Of a stretch of DNA of 64,000 nt, positions 38,024-52,345 are shown one piece after another. The notes below the pieces were generated by a model. That model ran no database searches and was not told the DNA's origin. It saw only the letters and a list, made by a program, of their open reading frames with translations. The translations under genes were made by a program, and so were the position numbers. The first letter of the stretch is position 1; every line of letters begins with the position of its first letter. Source of the stretch: Camelus ferus (lineage: Eukaryota); the NCBI RefSeq assembly GCF_009834535.1, contig NC_045706.1, positions 28,894,001 through 28,958,000 of the forward strand, read 5' to 3'.

Positions 38024-38339
38024 TGATAAAGTGAAAGTGCTGGAAATCTTATCTGTTAAGAGCAAATAATATCAGAAGTGTCTGACCTGCCTTGCTCTTG
38101 CTCAGAGAAACTAACCAATTCTTTAAGAGGAAGGAAGAAAAAAGAAACAAGAATCATTAGAGTGAATTAGGGCTAATCAACAAAAAGGAAATAGTTGCTC
38201 ATGATGTGATTGGATGAATGGATTGGCAACAGTGATCAGCAGTGGCTTTGTGGTACCTGTTCTCTCAGCTCCAGGGTTCTTTCACTCATCTCTCCTTAAA
38301 CTCACACACCAAAGGACACACACTGAAGGACACACACTA

Positions 38340-41300
38340 ACTAGGGCCTAGTTTTCAACCTGACCTAAATACATATTACCCGAAAGAGGAGAACAAGCTC
38401 CCAAGACACATGAAAAGAAAAATTCACAAAAAGATATAAAAACCAAAAAACATATACTATCTGAAGAAGAATTATTAGAACAGACAAAGAATTTAAAATA
38501 AACATGCTAAATATACCTAAAGAGAAGGGAGATAGTATAGAAAGCAAGAACATGAAATCATTGAAAAAATGTAGAAATATTAAAAGATGGAAGCAAAATT
38601 TTCTGTCTTATTTTATCATGGAGAAAAATCTGTTCCAATAAACTTCTTATATTTTATTGGCCAGGACTGAGTAACATACTTGCCTCTAGAACAAAGGAAG
38701 TGGCAAAGGAAAACAAAATTGTTGTGACTGATTTAAATCCATCATGAATCACCTGGATTGGGCAAATTGCCACCTGAGCAAAAAAACAGTAGTTAACTAG
38801 CAAGGAGGAAGGATAAATAACTTTTGGTTGGCAATTAAAGATGTTTGGCATCTGCTAATATCAAAATGAGAGAGAGAGGAAACCTAGCACTATGGAAAAA
38901 CAAAAGAGTACCTATGAAGTGTCTTAGCAATTCACAGGAAATACAGAAGAACATATTAAACTGAACCATGGGGATAAAAGCAGCTATGAACTTTGGAAAA
39001 CTGCACAGAACAAATGACTTGTTTTCTCAACCAAACAACCTGCAAGAAAAAAAAGAGAGAGATTGAAGAGAAATCTATAGAATAAAAGGGACCTTAAAAT
39101 GCATTTCAATGAATCACTATATGTGGAAGTTAGTAATTTAGATCCTGATTTAAGCAACAGGCAAAACACACTTAGGAGATGTATGAGACAATTGGATACT
39201 TGAAGACTGAAAATATTTGATGACATTAAGAAGAGTCATGTTAATTTTTTAGGTGTAATGTATATATTATTATATTTTTTAATTTATCATTTAAAGATAC
39301 ATGCTGAAATATTTAGAGGTGAAACTGATAATGTGTCCAAGATTTACTTCAAAATAAAGAGGCAGAGGTATAGGTGAGGGTATGGATGAAATAAGATTGG
39401 CTTTGAATTGATCATTGTTGGCCCCAGAAGATGGGTATAGAAGGAACTGTTATAAAATTCTGCCTACTTTTTGTATATGCATTGCATTTTTACATTTTAC
39501 ACAGTAAAATATTTTTTAAGTTGGTACAAAGGGAAAGAAGGGAAGCTGAAGGGGACTCTATAGTCAAGCCATTTTTCATTTCATTGATTTCCTAACAGTG
39601 GAGGAAACCTGAAGGGAAGATGACACCACAGCAGAAAAGGAAGACATTATCTTGAGAGTCAGTTTTGCATTTACTGGATGAATCAACTGAGTAAATGCAA
39701 CTGAGAGTGAGAAACATCTCCAAAGACCATAGGTCTTCACTTTAATTGATCCTATCACCATTATAGCCAACATTTCTCAAAACCAAGAAACCAGAGATGG
39801 GCAAAAGGAACTGGTCCTTAGGTCAAAGGGAACAGATACAGTGGATTTAAACGAGAAAAAAAAAAAATGCCCATTTGTAGACTAAAATTACACCACTGCC
39901 TTTTTACACTATCCCGCTTGTGAAATGGAAGAAACCAAGGAAAATGCTCATAGAGATTGACATTTAGGGTCTTTCAATAAAACTCTAGGACTCCACAATA
40001 AAGCCCACCATATCAATGTTTCAATCAAATAAGCAATCCAATCCATGTTTAAGTGCCTCACCGTTAAATATGAACTTTAGGGACTCAAGGATAGGCAGAA
40101 ATTTAAGAAAAGCCTCCAAAAATATAGATTGTTTTTTGTAAAAAGAAATATCAGAAACAGAAGAAGTAACTGCGGAGAAAGAGTCAATGCAGCAAGCATA
40201 AGAAAGCAAAACAAAAGCACTATAATATCCCCAGACAGATAAGAAAACATATTGTATCTACAAAAGAAGAGCAAAAATACTATGAAAAAGCACTGAGGTC
40301 AAGAAAGCACTCCTGAAAATTAAAAGTATGCTCTTAAATATTTAATAAATAGTTTTAAAGGTAAACTTGTAAAAAAAAAAAAAGTCTCCCCAAAATAGGA
40401 AAAAATTCAGAATTAAAAAATAGAGACATAAAAAAATTTAAATCTCACATCCAATTAAGAGTTCCAGAAAATAAGAAAAGAAAAATGAGAAGAAATTAAG
40501 TAAAAACTATAAGAAAATGTCCCAGAACTGAAGGACATTAATTTCCATACTGAAATTACTCTCTGAATGCCCATCAAAATGACTATACCAAGATATATCA
40601 TTGTAAAATTCAGAACATCAAGATATAAAAAGTCTAAAATCTTTCGAAGAGAAAAAATAGGTCACATGCAAAAGACTGTGAATAAAATAGAATTAGATTT
40701 CTCAAAGATAATACAAATGGCCAGACAAAAATGAAGTAATACTTTCAAATTTAAGTACTTCCAAAAATTTTTTTCCAACATAGGGTTCTACAACAACATA
40801 AGGTTCTATCAATTAAACATGAGAGTAAAATCAAGACATTTTCACAAAGGGAAGTTCTCCAAAATTTACCTCTCTTGCACTCCTTCCCAAACAGGTAAAA
40901 ATGCTTCAGTGAAATAAGGGAGTAAACCAAGAAAGAGGAAGACACGGAAACCAGGGCATAAGAGATATAAGTCAGGAGAAAGAACAAGAAAATCCTAGTG
41001 TAATAGTAAAAGAAAGTCCCAGGAACCAAACAAAATCATCCACTGTCTCTATGGGGGAACTGTAATAGCCTCAATTTACCCTGGAACAGAAGGCCTGTAA
41101 TCTATAATATGAAATCTTATTCAATCCCACAGGGCTAGAATAGGCTGAAAAAGATGGGTTCAGAAATAACTAGACAGGGAAGAGTGGGCAAAGAGAAAGA
41201 GAGAGAGAACAGAAACAAAAAATGAACTTCCCACTGAAGTAAATTCCAAACCCCATAAAATAATTTAACGCTATGAACGTAGCCTAGAAGATTAAACTTC

Positions 41301-43200
41301 AGAACATAAATTCACTCTGGAAGAAAATGAACTGCCTCACAAAAGTAAATGAAGAAATGATGTGACTAAAAAGAACAGGCAAAGAATTATGAGGCAGGAA
41401 GAAATGAAACACAAATAGACTGATACGTAAAAGGAATCAATTTAAACTACAATTAGAAAATCCTGAAATAGCCATTGAAATAACATGATACCAACTGGAT
41501 AAGGTCTACAGTGGCTACAATAGAAAAGAGAATAAATGTGAAGATATCCCCGAGGAGTTTACCCCAAAATGTACTAAAGGGAGATATACATATTAAAACA
41601 TATGAAAGAGTGGTTAATAGAACTGGGGAATAAATTGAGTGTCTCTTAACATACATCTGTTAGAGAAGTACCAAAAATATGCAAGTGTGTTAATGGTGGA
41701 AAAGCAGCATTTGAAAAGATAAAAGCTGAGCATTTTTCTGAATTGAAGAAATACAAATCTTTCAGTTTAAAATGTACTACAAACCCTCAGTAAGATAAAT
41801 AAAAACATATCTGGACACACCATAGTGAAATTTTAAAATATCAAAAGTAAAGAGAAAATCGCTTAAAATTTTGAGTGAGAAAAGACAGATTAAATACAAA
41901 TGAATGACAGCCTAAAGACAGACTTTTCAATACTGTAGTAATGCCATAGACAATGGCATGATTTTTTGAAATGTTAAGAGATAGTGACTGTCAACCTAAG
42001 ATTTCATGTCTAGCTAAACCATTATAATGAGGGTAAAATAAAGATATCTGTCATTATATGAAGACTAAGTAAATTTATTCCCCACATATCCTCCCTAAAA
42101 ATACTATTAGAAGAATGAGTATTAGCCAAAAGGCAAGTAAACATAAAGGGAAGGTATGAGATTTAACAAAAATGGTGAGTTCTGAAACTTACAATATATT
42201 TCTGCAAATTAATGAACTCTTCAAAAAAATCTTATCTTTGCAAAAAGTTGAAAGTGAAATTCTACACAACAACTACAAGATTGGTTTTTAATGCATAAAG
42301 GTCATGTATTCAGAAGAAAGAAATATTGAGTAATTACAAATATTGTCAGAAAAAATATATACTATGTATGCACATTAAAAATTAAGGGTTACTATTAAAA
42401 GAATAAAATATATTCCATAGTTTCCAAACCAGAAGGTGAGTCAAAAGGCAGTAAATTTTTTTCAATCCAATATAATGAAGGAAAAAATAAGAATACAATG
42501 ATAAAATGTGGTAAATAGAAAATATAAGTCCTGTGGTAAAAAATAAGTCTAAATATATCAATAATCATTTCAATAATCATATTGAAAGAGAGATTCTCAG
42601 AATACATCACAAAAACAAGTTCCATCTCTATTCTGGGACAAGAGAAAATCTAAAATAAAACAATGAAGTTTGAAAGTAAAGGATAGAAAGATAAATCAAG
42701 GAAATGAGAAACTCAAGGAAGATAGGTTTAAAATATTAATATGAGTCCAAAATACGATTTAAAGACAGAGTTGTAATAGGGATTTAAAAGTCATTATATA
42801 GTAATAATAAAAGGAGCAATCAACCAAGAAGTATCACAATCCTGAATTTATACATAACAACTTACAATTGGAATTTTAAAAGCAAAACACAAAAGAAAAA
42901 ATTTGAGAAATCCACATCGTAGAGAAAGATTTTACTACTCCTCTACCAGAAACTGATAGTGCAAGCAGAAAAAAAACTAGTAGGGATGTAGATTTCAACA
43001 ATAAGACCATCAAGCTTGAGATAATTTATATATATTCCTGCACTTAAAAAACTAAGAATAGACAAACTGACTACAAAACTTGAACACAATTTAAGAATAA
43101 AGAAAGTCCTAACACATTTCCTAGAATCAATACTATAGAACCTAATGATTCTAAAACCAGGATAAAATAACAATATAAATAGAGTTGAATTTCACTTCAC
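38340..43200 (+). mobile_element. Cluster of old L1/HAL1 fragments
   Basis: Strong A skew, repeated ORF1-like and endonuclease-like degenerate motifs, and an L1MC-like 3' end at ~38880-39510. Confidence 0.65.
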
Positions 43201-44379
43201 ATACTATTGAAATATGGATATCAGGACAGCTGTTTTCTTTAAAATTTTCAAGATTGATGAAATTTTTTAAATAGGAAAACTAAATATTAAATACACTCCA
43301 AATACAATAACCTAAAAACATGTTATAAAATAGCACACAAAAGTTTTTTTAAAATACAATTAAACTTGTCTATCATTCGAATACAAATAGAGTGATAACT
43401 AAAACTAAGCTATTGAAAATTACCTAAGCATTACTTCAAACTGGATAAAATTTAATTTAGAATAAAAAAATAGAAAATGAGGTAACATTTAATAATTTTT
43501 AGAACATGAAATTATACTAGGATGGGAAAACGGTGAAAAGGTAGTTATAAGTCATGTCAAATCTTTCCTTGTCTCCTTCATTGTCAAATAATTCCATCTC
43601 TATTTGATGACTCTGAGTCTGCAATTTTTATTGTATGTAAACTATTATAGTCTTGCTTTAAAGAAAACATTTCCAATACATTTTAATATTCTTTAATTTC
43701 ATTTCATGGAAATGAGATTCCACAGAAAGTCACCTGTATCCATTTCAATGCTCCTCTATTCATGTTCCAGTTGTTAGGAAAGTCTTTGATCTGGAGTCAT
43801 AAATAATCTTAAAATAGAAAGTTTGCTGCGTTGATTGCCATTTTCTTCCCCCTTCTTGAGGAAAATAGAGATTCAACATTTTAATGCAACATATATGTGC
43901 ATACACCTATCTGGAAAGAGGTGATGTATGCAGTCAGTGTTTTCACTGTAAACCTCATAGTCACATTTGTTGTAAGAGTTGTATTTTGATAGAAACATAG
44001 TTCAATGGCCAGCTTTTCTAGAAGAAACACCGAAGTTTTCATAAATGTAATATTGAATCTGACTTCAGAGAAAATACATTGCAGAATTTACTTTAATGCC
44101 TTCTGAATTTTTTTTGTAGATATGTGTAGAGAAGCATCTCCCAGTACCAAGTCCTGAAAAATTTTGCCTAAAATTTCAAAAATATTTTAAATTGAAAAAA
44201 AAAAAAAAAGCATTGCTGATCTGATAGAGAAGTAAGAAACTCAACTGGAGACCAGAGAAAAAAATCACTCACAGGGATAAACAGTACCAGAGCCAGCAAT
44301 TGTCCTCACTGCATCTGCCATAACATGACTATCAAGAACTGGTGTTTTCATATAGTTATTGTCCTAGGAAGAGTGAGTA

Positions 44380-46160
44380 GTGGAAAATTCAAAAGTGTAC
44401 AGTGCAATGAAATTTCTCAAAGTGAATGCATGTAATCACCACAGAGGTTAAAAAAAATTGCCAACAGCTCAAGAAGCCACTCTCATGCCTCCTCCCAATA
44501 TTATACACTCTCCTCTTTCCGGAGGTAATCACTTTCCTGACTTCACCATAAATTAGTTCAGTCTGTCCTTTTAACTTTATATAAATGAAATTACACAGTG
44601 TGATTGTGTGCTTCTGTGTATTTATTCATTCATCCATTTTTTGGTGTAGCAATAGATAATTATTTTTAAATTGCTGTGAACTGTTACATTGTATAAGTAT
44701 ACCATGATGTTATTTATCCTTTCTATTGTTGATGGACAATTGGACAGCTTCCAATCTGAGGTAATCATTAATAATGCTGCTATGAACATTCTAAACATGT
44801 CTTTTGTTGCATATGTGCACACATTTATGTTGGATATATATCTAGAAATGAACCTGGTAGATCATATGATTATGAATATTCATTTTCAGCATATATTGTC
44901 AAATCATCAGTAAAGTGACTATACTAATTTGCATTCTGACCAGCAACATATGAGAGAAATAATGGTTCCACATGCACACAAATACTTGACATTGTGGTTA
45001 TATATGTATTCTACTACTTAATAAAGAAGTTGAGCATTTTCTATACACTTATTGGCTAGTTGGATTCTCTTTTGTGTGATGTCTAAATTCTTAACCACCT
45101 TTATCTGTTTGGTTGTGTATCTTGTTGATTTATAGGAGTTCTTTGGATACAGTATTCTAGATATGAGTTCTTTGTAGGGTAAATGTGTTGTTAATAATAT
45201 TCTTCCTTTTGTGGCTTGCGTTTTCAATCCATTGTTTTCCAGCTTTATTGAGGTACAATTGGTGTATCAAACAAACCTTCAAATAATTAATGTATACAAT
45301 TTGGTGAGTTTGGACATATGTATATGTATGCATTTACCATCATCACATCCAAAGAAAGAAACATATCCATCACCTCCAAAGATTTCTTTGTGTCCTTTTG
45401 TAGTTTGTTTTGTTTTAACACTTAACATGAGATCTGCCCTCTTAACAAATTTTTAAGTGCACAATAACACAGTGTTAGCTACAGGCACTATGTTGTACAG
45501 CAGATCTCTGGAACTTAGTAATCCTATATAACTGTAAACTTATACCCACTGAGCAACAACTCTCCATCTCTCTCACTCCCCCATCCCCTGGTAACTACCA
45601 TTCTACTATCTACCTCTATATGTTTGACTATTTTAGATGCCTCATGTAAGAGGAAGCATGCATGTAGTAATTAAATTCCTTAGCATAATATCTCCCAGGT
45701 CCAGCCATGTTATCACAAATGATAGGATTTCCTTTAATGATATATTTTGATAAATAAAACTTTTAAATTTATTAGTATTTTATTTTAGTTCTTTTTATAT
45801 TAAGAATTATGTTCCCACACCAAGAAGGAAGATTTTTTCATATATCACCTTCTAGAAGTGTTATTGTTTACTTTTCACATTTAGAAGGTGTTCCTTCATT
45901 TGTTTGCCATAGAGATAGCCAATTTGCCCAACATTATTTATTGAAAAGACAGTCCTTCCATTACTGTTCTACAGAACCACTCTTTTCATAAATCAAATGT
46001 CTACATGAATGTGGTCTATTTCTAGACTCTTCTGGCCAATTGTTCTATTTCTCTATACTTGAATCAGTCGAACACTGTCTTAATTACTGTAACTTTACAT
46101 AAGACTTGATATATGATGAGAAATTCCTCCCGCATTTTTCTTATTCTTTCAAATTGTTGT
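44380..46160 (-). mobile_element. Old L1 3' region with nested L1MA-type 3' end (~45235-45735)
   Basis: Minus ORFs 44622..44822 (RMFIAALL..WKLSNCPS) and 45018..45227 are ORF2 C-terminal remnants. The nested piece starts ctttattgaggtacaattg. Confidence 0.8.
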
Positions 46161-47019
46161 GGATACTTCTGGCTGTTTGTGAACTTAAAACGACTGTCTT
46201 ACTATTTTGTTGTTGTTTGTTTGTTTGTTCTACCTTTTATGTGGTATTTCTTCATTTCTTTCTTTCTTTCTTTTTTTGATTGATTGGTTGTTTTATTATT
46301 TCTTTCTGTCTTTTATCAGTTTGTTAGTTATTCATTCTTTACTCCTCTGAAAGTGCTTTACCCATAGCCTCTCTTGTTCACCGTCAACTTAATAATGTCC
46401 AGTATATATTAGTAGTTCATCCTCTTTCTGGATAATAAAAAAAAGTACTTTAATTTGGTTTAATATCATCTCTCCTCACTTATGTGCTATTGTCATTCAT
46501 GGATGTTAATTCGCTGACCCCTCAGACATAACTGATTCAGATTTAGTTGCTTTCATAATATGCTTCATCTCCGAGCTTCTATATGGAATTCTTTTCCTTC
46601 TGCCTAAAAGAAATATCCTTTTTTATTGTCCTTTAGTGTGGCTTTGCTGGTGATGAATTTTTTTCAGTTTTTGTTTGACTGAAGACATATTCATTTTACC
46701 TTCACTACTGAAGGATATTTTAACATGGAATTAATTTTAGGTTGGCAGTTATTTTCTTACATCATTTTGAAGATATCTCTAAGTTGTCTCTGACTTCCAT
46801 TGTTTCTATTGAGAAGCCACAGCTATCAGTCCAAGTTTTGTTCCATTGAAAATGACATGTCTTTTAAAAATCTTTGTAAGAATAATTTTGCTTTACAGGT
46901 TTCCCTTTGTCTTGAGCTTCAGCAGGTTGGTTCTTATGTGTTTATACAATTTTCTTTCTTGTATTTATCTTGCTTCTATTTTTTAATGAAAAAACCCTCA
47001 GTTTTGGAAATTTTTCACA

Positions 47020-49200
47020 TTTTAGCTATTTATAAATGCATTAAAATATCCAAACTTAGCAGATAAAACCAATAAACATTTAATATTTCATTCAGTTTGT
47101 GTGGGTGAGGGATCCTGCTAAGGGAGCAGCTTAGAGCTGTGTGTCTGGCACAGAGCCTCATAGGAGATAGCAGTCAGGTGCCTGTCAGTACTGCAGTCAT
47201 CTAAAGCCTTGCCTAGGGTTAAAGATCTATTTCCAGGGTGTCTTACTCACATGCCTGGTGAGGAAATAGTGCTGATTATTAGCAGGTGACATCAATGCAG
47301 TGTCATGCGAAGCTGTCCATAGAGCTGGTTGAGTGCCCTCCTGGTATGGCAGCTGGCTTTTACCAAAACAAATGATCCAACAGAACACAAGATGAAATCC
47401 ACATTGTCTTTTATGACATAGTCTCAGAAGTCACACTCCCTCATTTCCACAACATCCTGTAGTTTACAGAGGCCAACAGTATTCAGTGTGGGAGGGACTT
47501 ACACAAATATGGTAATACTGAGGGACAAGAATCACCAGAGGCCATTTGGTGGTTAGTTACCACATATCAACCACATTTCACCCTCTGTCCTCTTTAAATA
47601 AAAAACACAGTCACCCTCAAAATATTCATTGCATTACATCACGAGTTCAAAGTCCAAAACTGTATATCTAGATCAGGTCTAGGTGTGCATGAGTCTCCTT
47701 GGGTGTAGGTCCTTAATGAAGTTCCTTAACGGTTGTTTCTCTTGATCCGAAGGCATGTGAACTAAAGAGACAAATTACTGCCCTTTCCACACCAAACATA
47801 GGATATTTGGTTACTGGCATAGGACAACTGCTACAAATGCTCTCGTTCAGAAAGGGGGAAACAGGCACAACACGTAGTCCAGAGCAATTCTGAAATCTGA
47901 CTGGGCAAAGTTTAGAAGTTCCTTGATTGGAACTCATTCTTACCCTTGTATAGAAATGGTTCTCCATATTTCTTGGCTCCACTGTCTGGTCTCTGGGTTC
48001 TTTCCTTTGAGTTATTGTGAGATAATAGAAAATTAATATTGGTCTCTGTTCCTGTTTCCTGGCACAGAAATCCTTGTGATTTCCTAAGTAATAAGAACAC
48101 TAGGAGCATCTCTTGTTCTAAAATTTGTCTGGGTCAAACCCTATCCCTGACACAGGGCTCCTAAAACCTTTGTGAATTCCTAAGTGATAAGAGCACTAGG
48201 ACCATCTTTTGTTCTGTTGAGGTGACGCTGAGTAGGCTCCTGGATGGGGGGGGGGGGGGGTGTTGGTAACTAGAAACACCAAACCATGATTGGAAGCTTG
48301 GAATTTCAGCCCCACCCCTCATCCTCCACAGAGAGGAGAGGAACTAGAAAAGGAGTTAATAATTGATCGTGCCTACATGAGGAACCCTCCATAAAATCCT
48401 AATACTATAGGGTTTGAGGAAGCTCCCAGTTTGGCAAATATATCAACGCCAGGAGGGTGACACACCTCACCTCCATAGGGACAGAAGCTCCTATGCTTGG
48501 GACTCTCCTGGACCTCACCCTATGTTTCTCTTCATCTGGCTGTTCATCTGTATCCTCAGCATGTCCTTCAATAAATCGGTAAACATAAATAAATGTTTTC
48601 CTGAGCTCTGTGAGCTATTCTAGAAAATTAATTGAACCCAAAGATGAGGTCACTGGAAACTCCAATCCACTGACTACCTATTCCAAAGCCAGGCCTCAAA
48701 AATCTATATATGTTGCTGCATAACAAATTACCCCAAAACATAGTGGCATAAGACAATCAGCATTTATTACCTCACACAGTTCATGTGGGTGAGGAATCTG
48801 GAAGTGGCTTAGGTTGGTGGTTCTGACTCAGGGTCTCTCCTGGGGCTGAATACATATGTCAGCCAGGAATGTAGTTATCTGGAAGTTTACCTGGGCCTGG
48901 AAGAACTACTTCCAAGGGAGCTTACTCACATCTGCCCAGTTAGTGAAACTCAGTTCCCTGCCACATGACTGTCTCCATAGAGCTGCCTGAGTGTCTTCAT
49001 GAGATGGCAGTTAGCTTCCCTGAGAAAGTAATCTGAGAGGACAAGCGAGAAGGTGCAATGTCTTTTATGACTTGGCCTTGGAAGTTCCACAATTTCTTAT
49101 TGGTTGTACAGATTAGCCCGATACAATGGGGCAGGAAACTATGCATGGCAGGAGAATACCAGGAGGTGAAAATCATTGGGGATATCTTTGAGGCTGAGGA
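47020..49200 (-). mobile_element. MLT1F-like MaLR remnant with two LTRs and internal sequence
   Basis: Two homologous same-orientation LTRs (~47020-47565 and ~48710-49200, sharing tgtgggtgagg.atc, tgtccatagagctg and tgtcttttatgac) with MaLR-internal-like sequence between them. Confidence 0.7.
48015..48680 (+). mobile_element. MER21-like ERV LTR nested in the MaLR
   Basis: tgtgag start, an internal ~50-bp duplication (ttcctaagt.ataaga.cactagga.catct), aataaa and gtttt.cctgagctctgtgagc. Confidence 0.7.
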
Positions 49201-50331
49201 TCACTTTTCAGTTTGAGGGAAATCTCAGCCATTATTTTGCCAAATATTGTTTCTGTCCCATTCTCTCCCTTCCATCTTCTGGGAAATTACAAATCTATTA
49301 GATGATATTTGACACCTTTTCACTTTATTCACTATGTCTTTTACACTCTACTATACACTTGTACCCTCTTGTCTCTCTGTAGCTCATTCTTGATGTTTTC
49401 CTCTGACTTACCTTACAGTTTACTAATTCTTTTCTTCTTTTAGATGACATGTATTTTTATTATTTTATTTTCCTTTATTAGTTTCCTTATTACACAGCTT
49501 TTAATTAGTCATTTGCCGCAGAAATTATATTATGTATTCTTAATTTATTAGAGTCTCTCTTAAATTAGTATTTTTACCTCTTCACAATGAAAGAACTTTA
49601 CACATTTAAGTCCATTTGCTCTCCCAATTTGTCCCACTATTGTCATATATTTGGTTCCATATGTATTTTAAATCCAAGGAATTACTATTATAATCTTACA
49701 AAGTCAATATTCACTGTAATATATCCATATATTTACTCTTCTCAGCACTATATATTCCTTTCTGCATTTCTGTACTTCCATCTGGGGCCATTTTTCTTCT
49801 CCGATCAGCTCCCTTTAGTATTTCTTTTAGTGAAAATCGACTGGCAGTTCATTCTCTCAGTTCTTTTTTATTTTTTTCTTTCTGTCTGAAAATGTCCCTA
49901 GTTTGCTCTGCTTTTGAAGAATATTTTTGCTGATTATAGAATTTTAGCTTTATGAATAATGTCTTTTTACAGCTTAAAGAAGTTGATCTTTTGTCTTCTG
50001 TTGGTTCCATTGAAAAGTCATCTGTGGCTCATATTGCTGCTCCTTTGAAAGCAGTATCTCATTTTTCTCAGGTTGCTTTTATTATTTCTTTTGGAGTATG
50101 GGGGGAGGGTGGTCTTTGACTATGGTAATCCCAGGTATGACATTCTTTGTAATTATCCTACCTAGGATTCTTAGAGCTTCTTAAATCTGCAATTTGATAC
50201 CTTATGCCAGTTTTGGAAAACATCTGAGCCAACATGTCCTTAAATATTGTTATTATTCTATTCTTTCCTCCTTTTCTGAGATTTATACATAAGTTAGAAC
50301 AGTTCACCATATTCTATATATTCATATTCTT

Positions 50332-50446
50332 TTTTAAATTGAAGTATAGTCAGTTTACAGTGTATCAATTTCTGGTGTACAGCATAATAGTTCAGTCATA
50401 CATATATACATATATTCATTTTCATAATCTTTTTCATCATAGGTTA
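50332..50446 (-). mobile_element. Short L1 3' tail with 18-bp TSD
   Basis: CTATATATTCATATTCTT at 50314-50331 and 50447-50464 flanks ttttttaaattgaagtatagtcagtttaca. Confidence 0.88.
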
Positions 50447-51829
50447 CTATATATTCATATTCTTGTTATGTATTTTTCATCCTTTTCTCTCTGTGTTTTA
50501 ATCTTGATGCTTTCTACTCACGTCTTCTAGTTAATTTATCCTCTGTCTTGATGTGTTTAATTTCCTATTAAGCCCATCAACTTAACTTCTTAATTTTAGT
50601 TATAATTTTTTTCAGTCCTACACCAGCGTCTTCAAGTGTCAGCTGAAATTCTCCACATTTTCCTCGATTTTATTGATTATATTAATTATTGTTGTATTTA
50701 ATCCTCTGTCTGGTTAACTCCAATATAGGGATCACCAGTGGGGATAGTCCTACCACTGGTTTTAAATCTGGATTTGGGTAATTTGGACCTTTTTATAGCT
50801 TGACTCATAATTTTTACTGTATGCCAGACTTTGTGTATTGAAAATGAAAAGGTTCTGAATGACACTATCTCTTTTCTGAGCCAGTTAGATTTTCTTCTGG
50901 CAGACAGGCATGGTACAGTAGGTTTTCTTAATCCAATCTAGGCTTGGTTTTAGGTTTTGTTAAAGATGATTTACTTTTTGCCCTTACTCCTAGAAAGAAA
51001 AGATACGGTTTTTCTGTGGTCTCTTCTAAAAGTCCACAGAATTTACATAGTTTCTCCACCTTTGCCGAAGTTTAACTCCATTCTCTGTCTCTCTAGCACT
51101 CTGCAGCTGCTGAGTCTCTGCCAAGCTCTTTAGCCTCCAAAATGCTTCTTTATAGTAGACTTCTTGGAATTTCTTCCTCTGTACATAAAGCTTCACAACT
51201 GGCAGTTATCTTCAGGGAAGATGGTATGCAGGTTTTTGAACTCACTTTCCTTTGATTCTCTCTGCTGTGGAATTTTGTCCCTCAAGTTCCAGTTGTTTGT
51301 CTTCTCAGCCCAGTGAAACTGATTCTTTCTGTTATGAATATGATCCTCTACGCTAAAAATTAACAAATTCCCTCAGGGAAAAAAAGCCAAGAGCACATAA
51401 AAACTGACCAGAGATATTTACAAAGTACTAGGTAGAATTTCCAGAAAATTGAAACATATTAATCGAAAATTAAAACTCAAATATTGTATTAAACTGGAAG
51501 TGGAAGACAGATCTGAAGATGTCCCCTGAATGCAACACTGTCAGAGAGGTAAGAACAAGGAAAAGAACCAGGATACAAGGAAGAGAGAATTTCAGCAAGG
51601 TCTGATCCGAGTTCCAGAAGAAAAGAATGGAGAAAATGCAGGATAGGCAATATATGAAGAAATAACCACTAACATGTCTGTAATCGATGAAAAGACACAG
51701 ATCTTCAGATTTAGAACATCCAGCAAATACAAAGTAAGGTAAATAGAAAAACAACTATACCCAGAGAAAGTATGGCCAAACTGAAGAAAACACACACATA
51801 CACACAAAGAAGAAAGAGGAGGGGGAGGA

Positions 51830-52345
51830 TATATTCAACTGATTATTGATAAAGGAGCCAAGGCACTCCAATGGAGAAAGGCAATCTTTCAACAAATGGT
51901 TTTGGAACAACTGGACATCCATATAGAAAGGAAGGAAGGAAGCAGACAAAGAGGGAGGGAAAGAGGAAGGAAGGAAGGTAGGAAGGAAGAAAATAAGAAG
52001 GAAAGGAGAAAAAGAGAGGGAGGGAGGGACAGAGGGAGGAGAAGAATCTAGACATAGACCTTATACCTTTCACAACTTATAAGTGAAAATGGATCATAGA
52101 TCTAAATGTAAAGTGCAAAACTATAATAATTCCAGAAGATAATACAGGAAAAAATGTAAGTAACATTGAGTTTGGCAATGACTTTTTAAATATAACATCA
52201 GAAGCATGACCCATAAAAGAAAAAAATTGATAAGCTGGACTTCATTAAAATTTGAAACTTCTGCTCTGTGAAATACACTGTTAATACAATGAAAAGACAA
52301 GCCACGGTCTGGGAGAAAGCATTTACAAAACTATCTGTCTGATAA
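51830..52345 (+). mobile_element. L1 ORF2 fragment containing a (GGAA/GGGA)n tract
   Basis: tctttcaacaaatggt..tggaacaactggacatccata...tggacttcattaaaatt, with a polypurine repeat at ~51927-52045. Confidence 0.85.

Noticed and set aside
38365..52073. Many hydrophobic F/L/I-rich ORFs resembling membrane peptides
   Set aside because: They are the T-rich antisense strand of A-rich L1 remnants.
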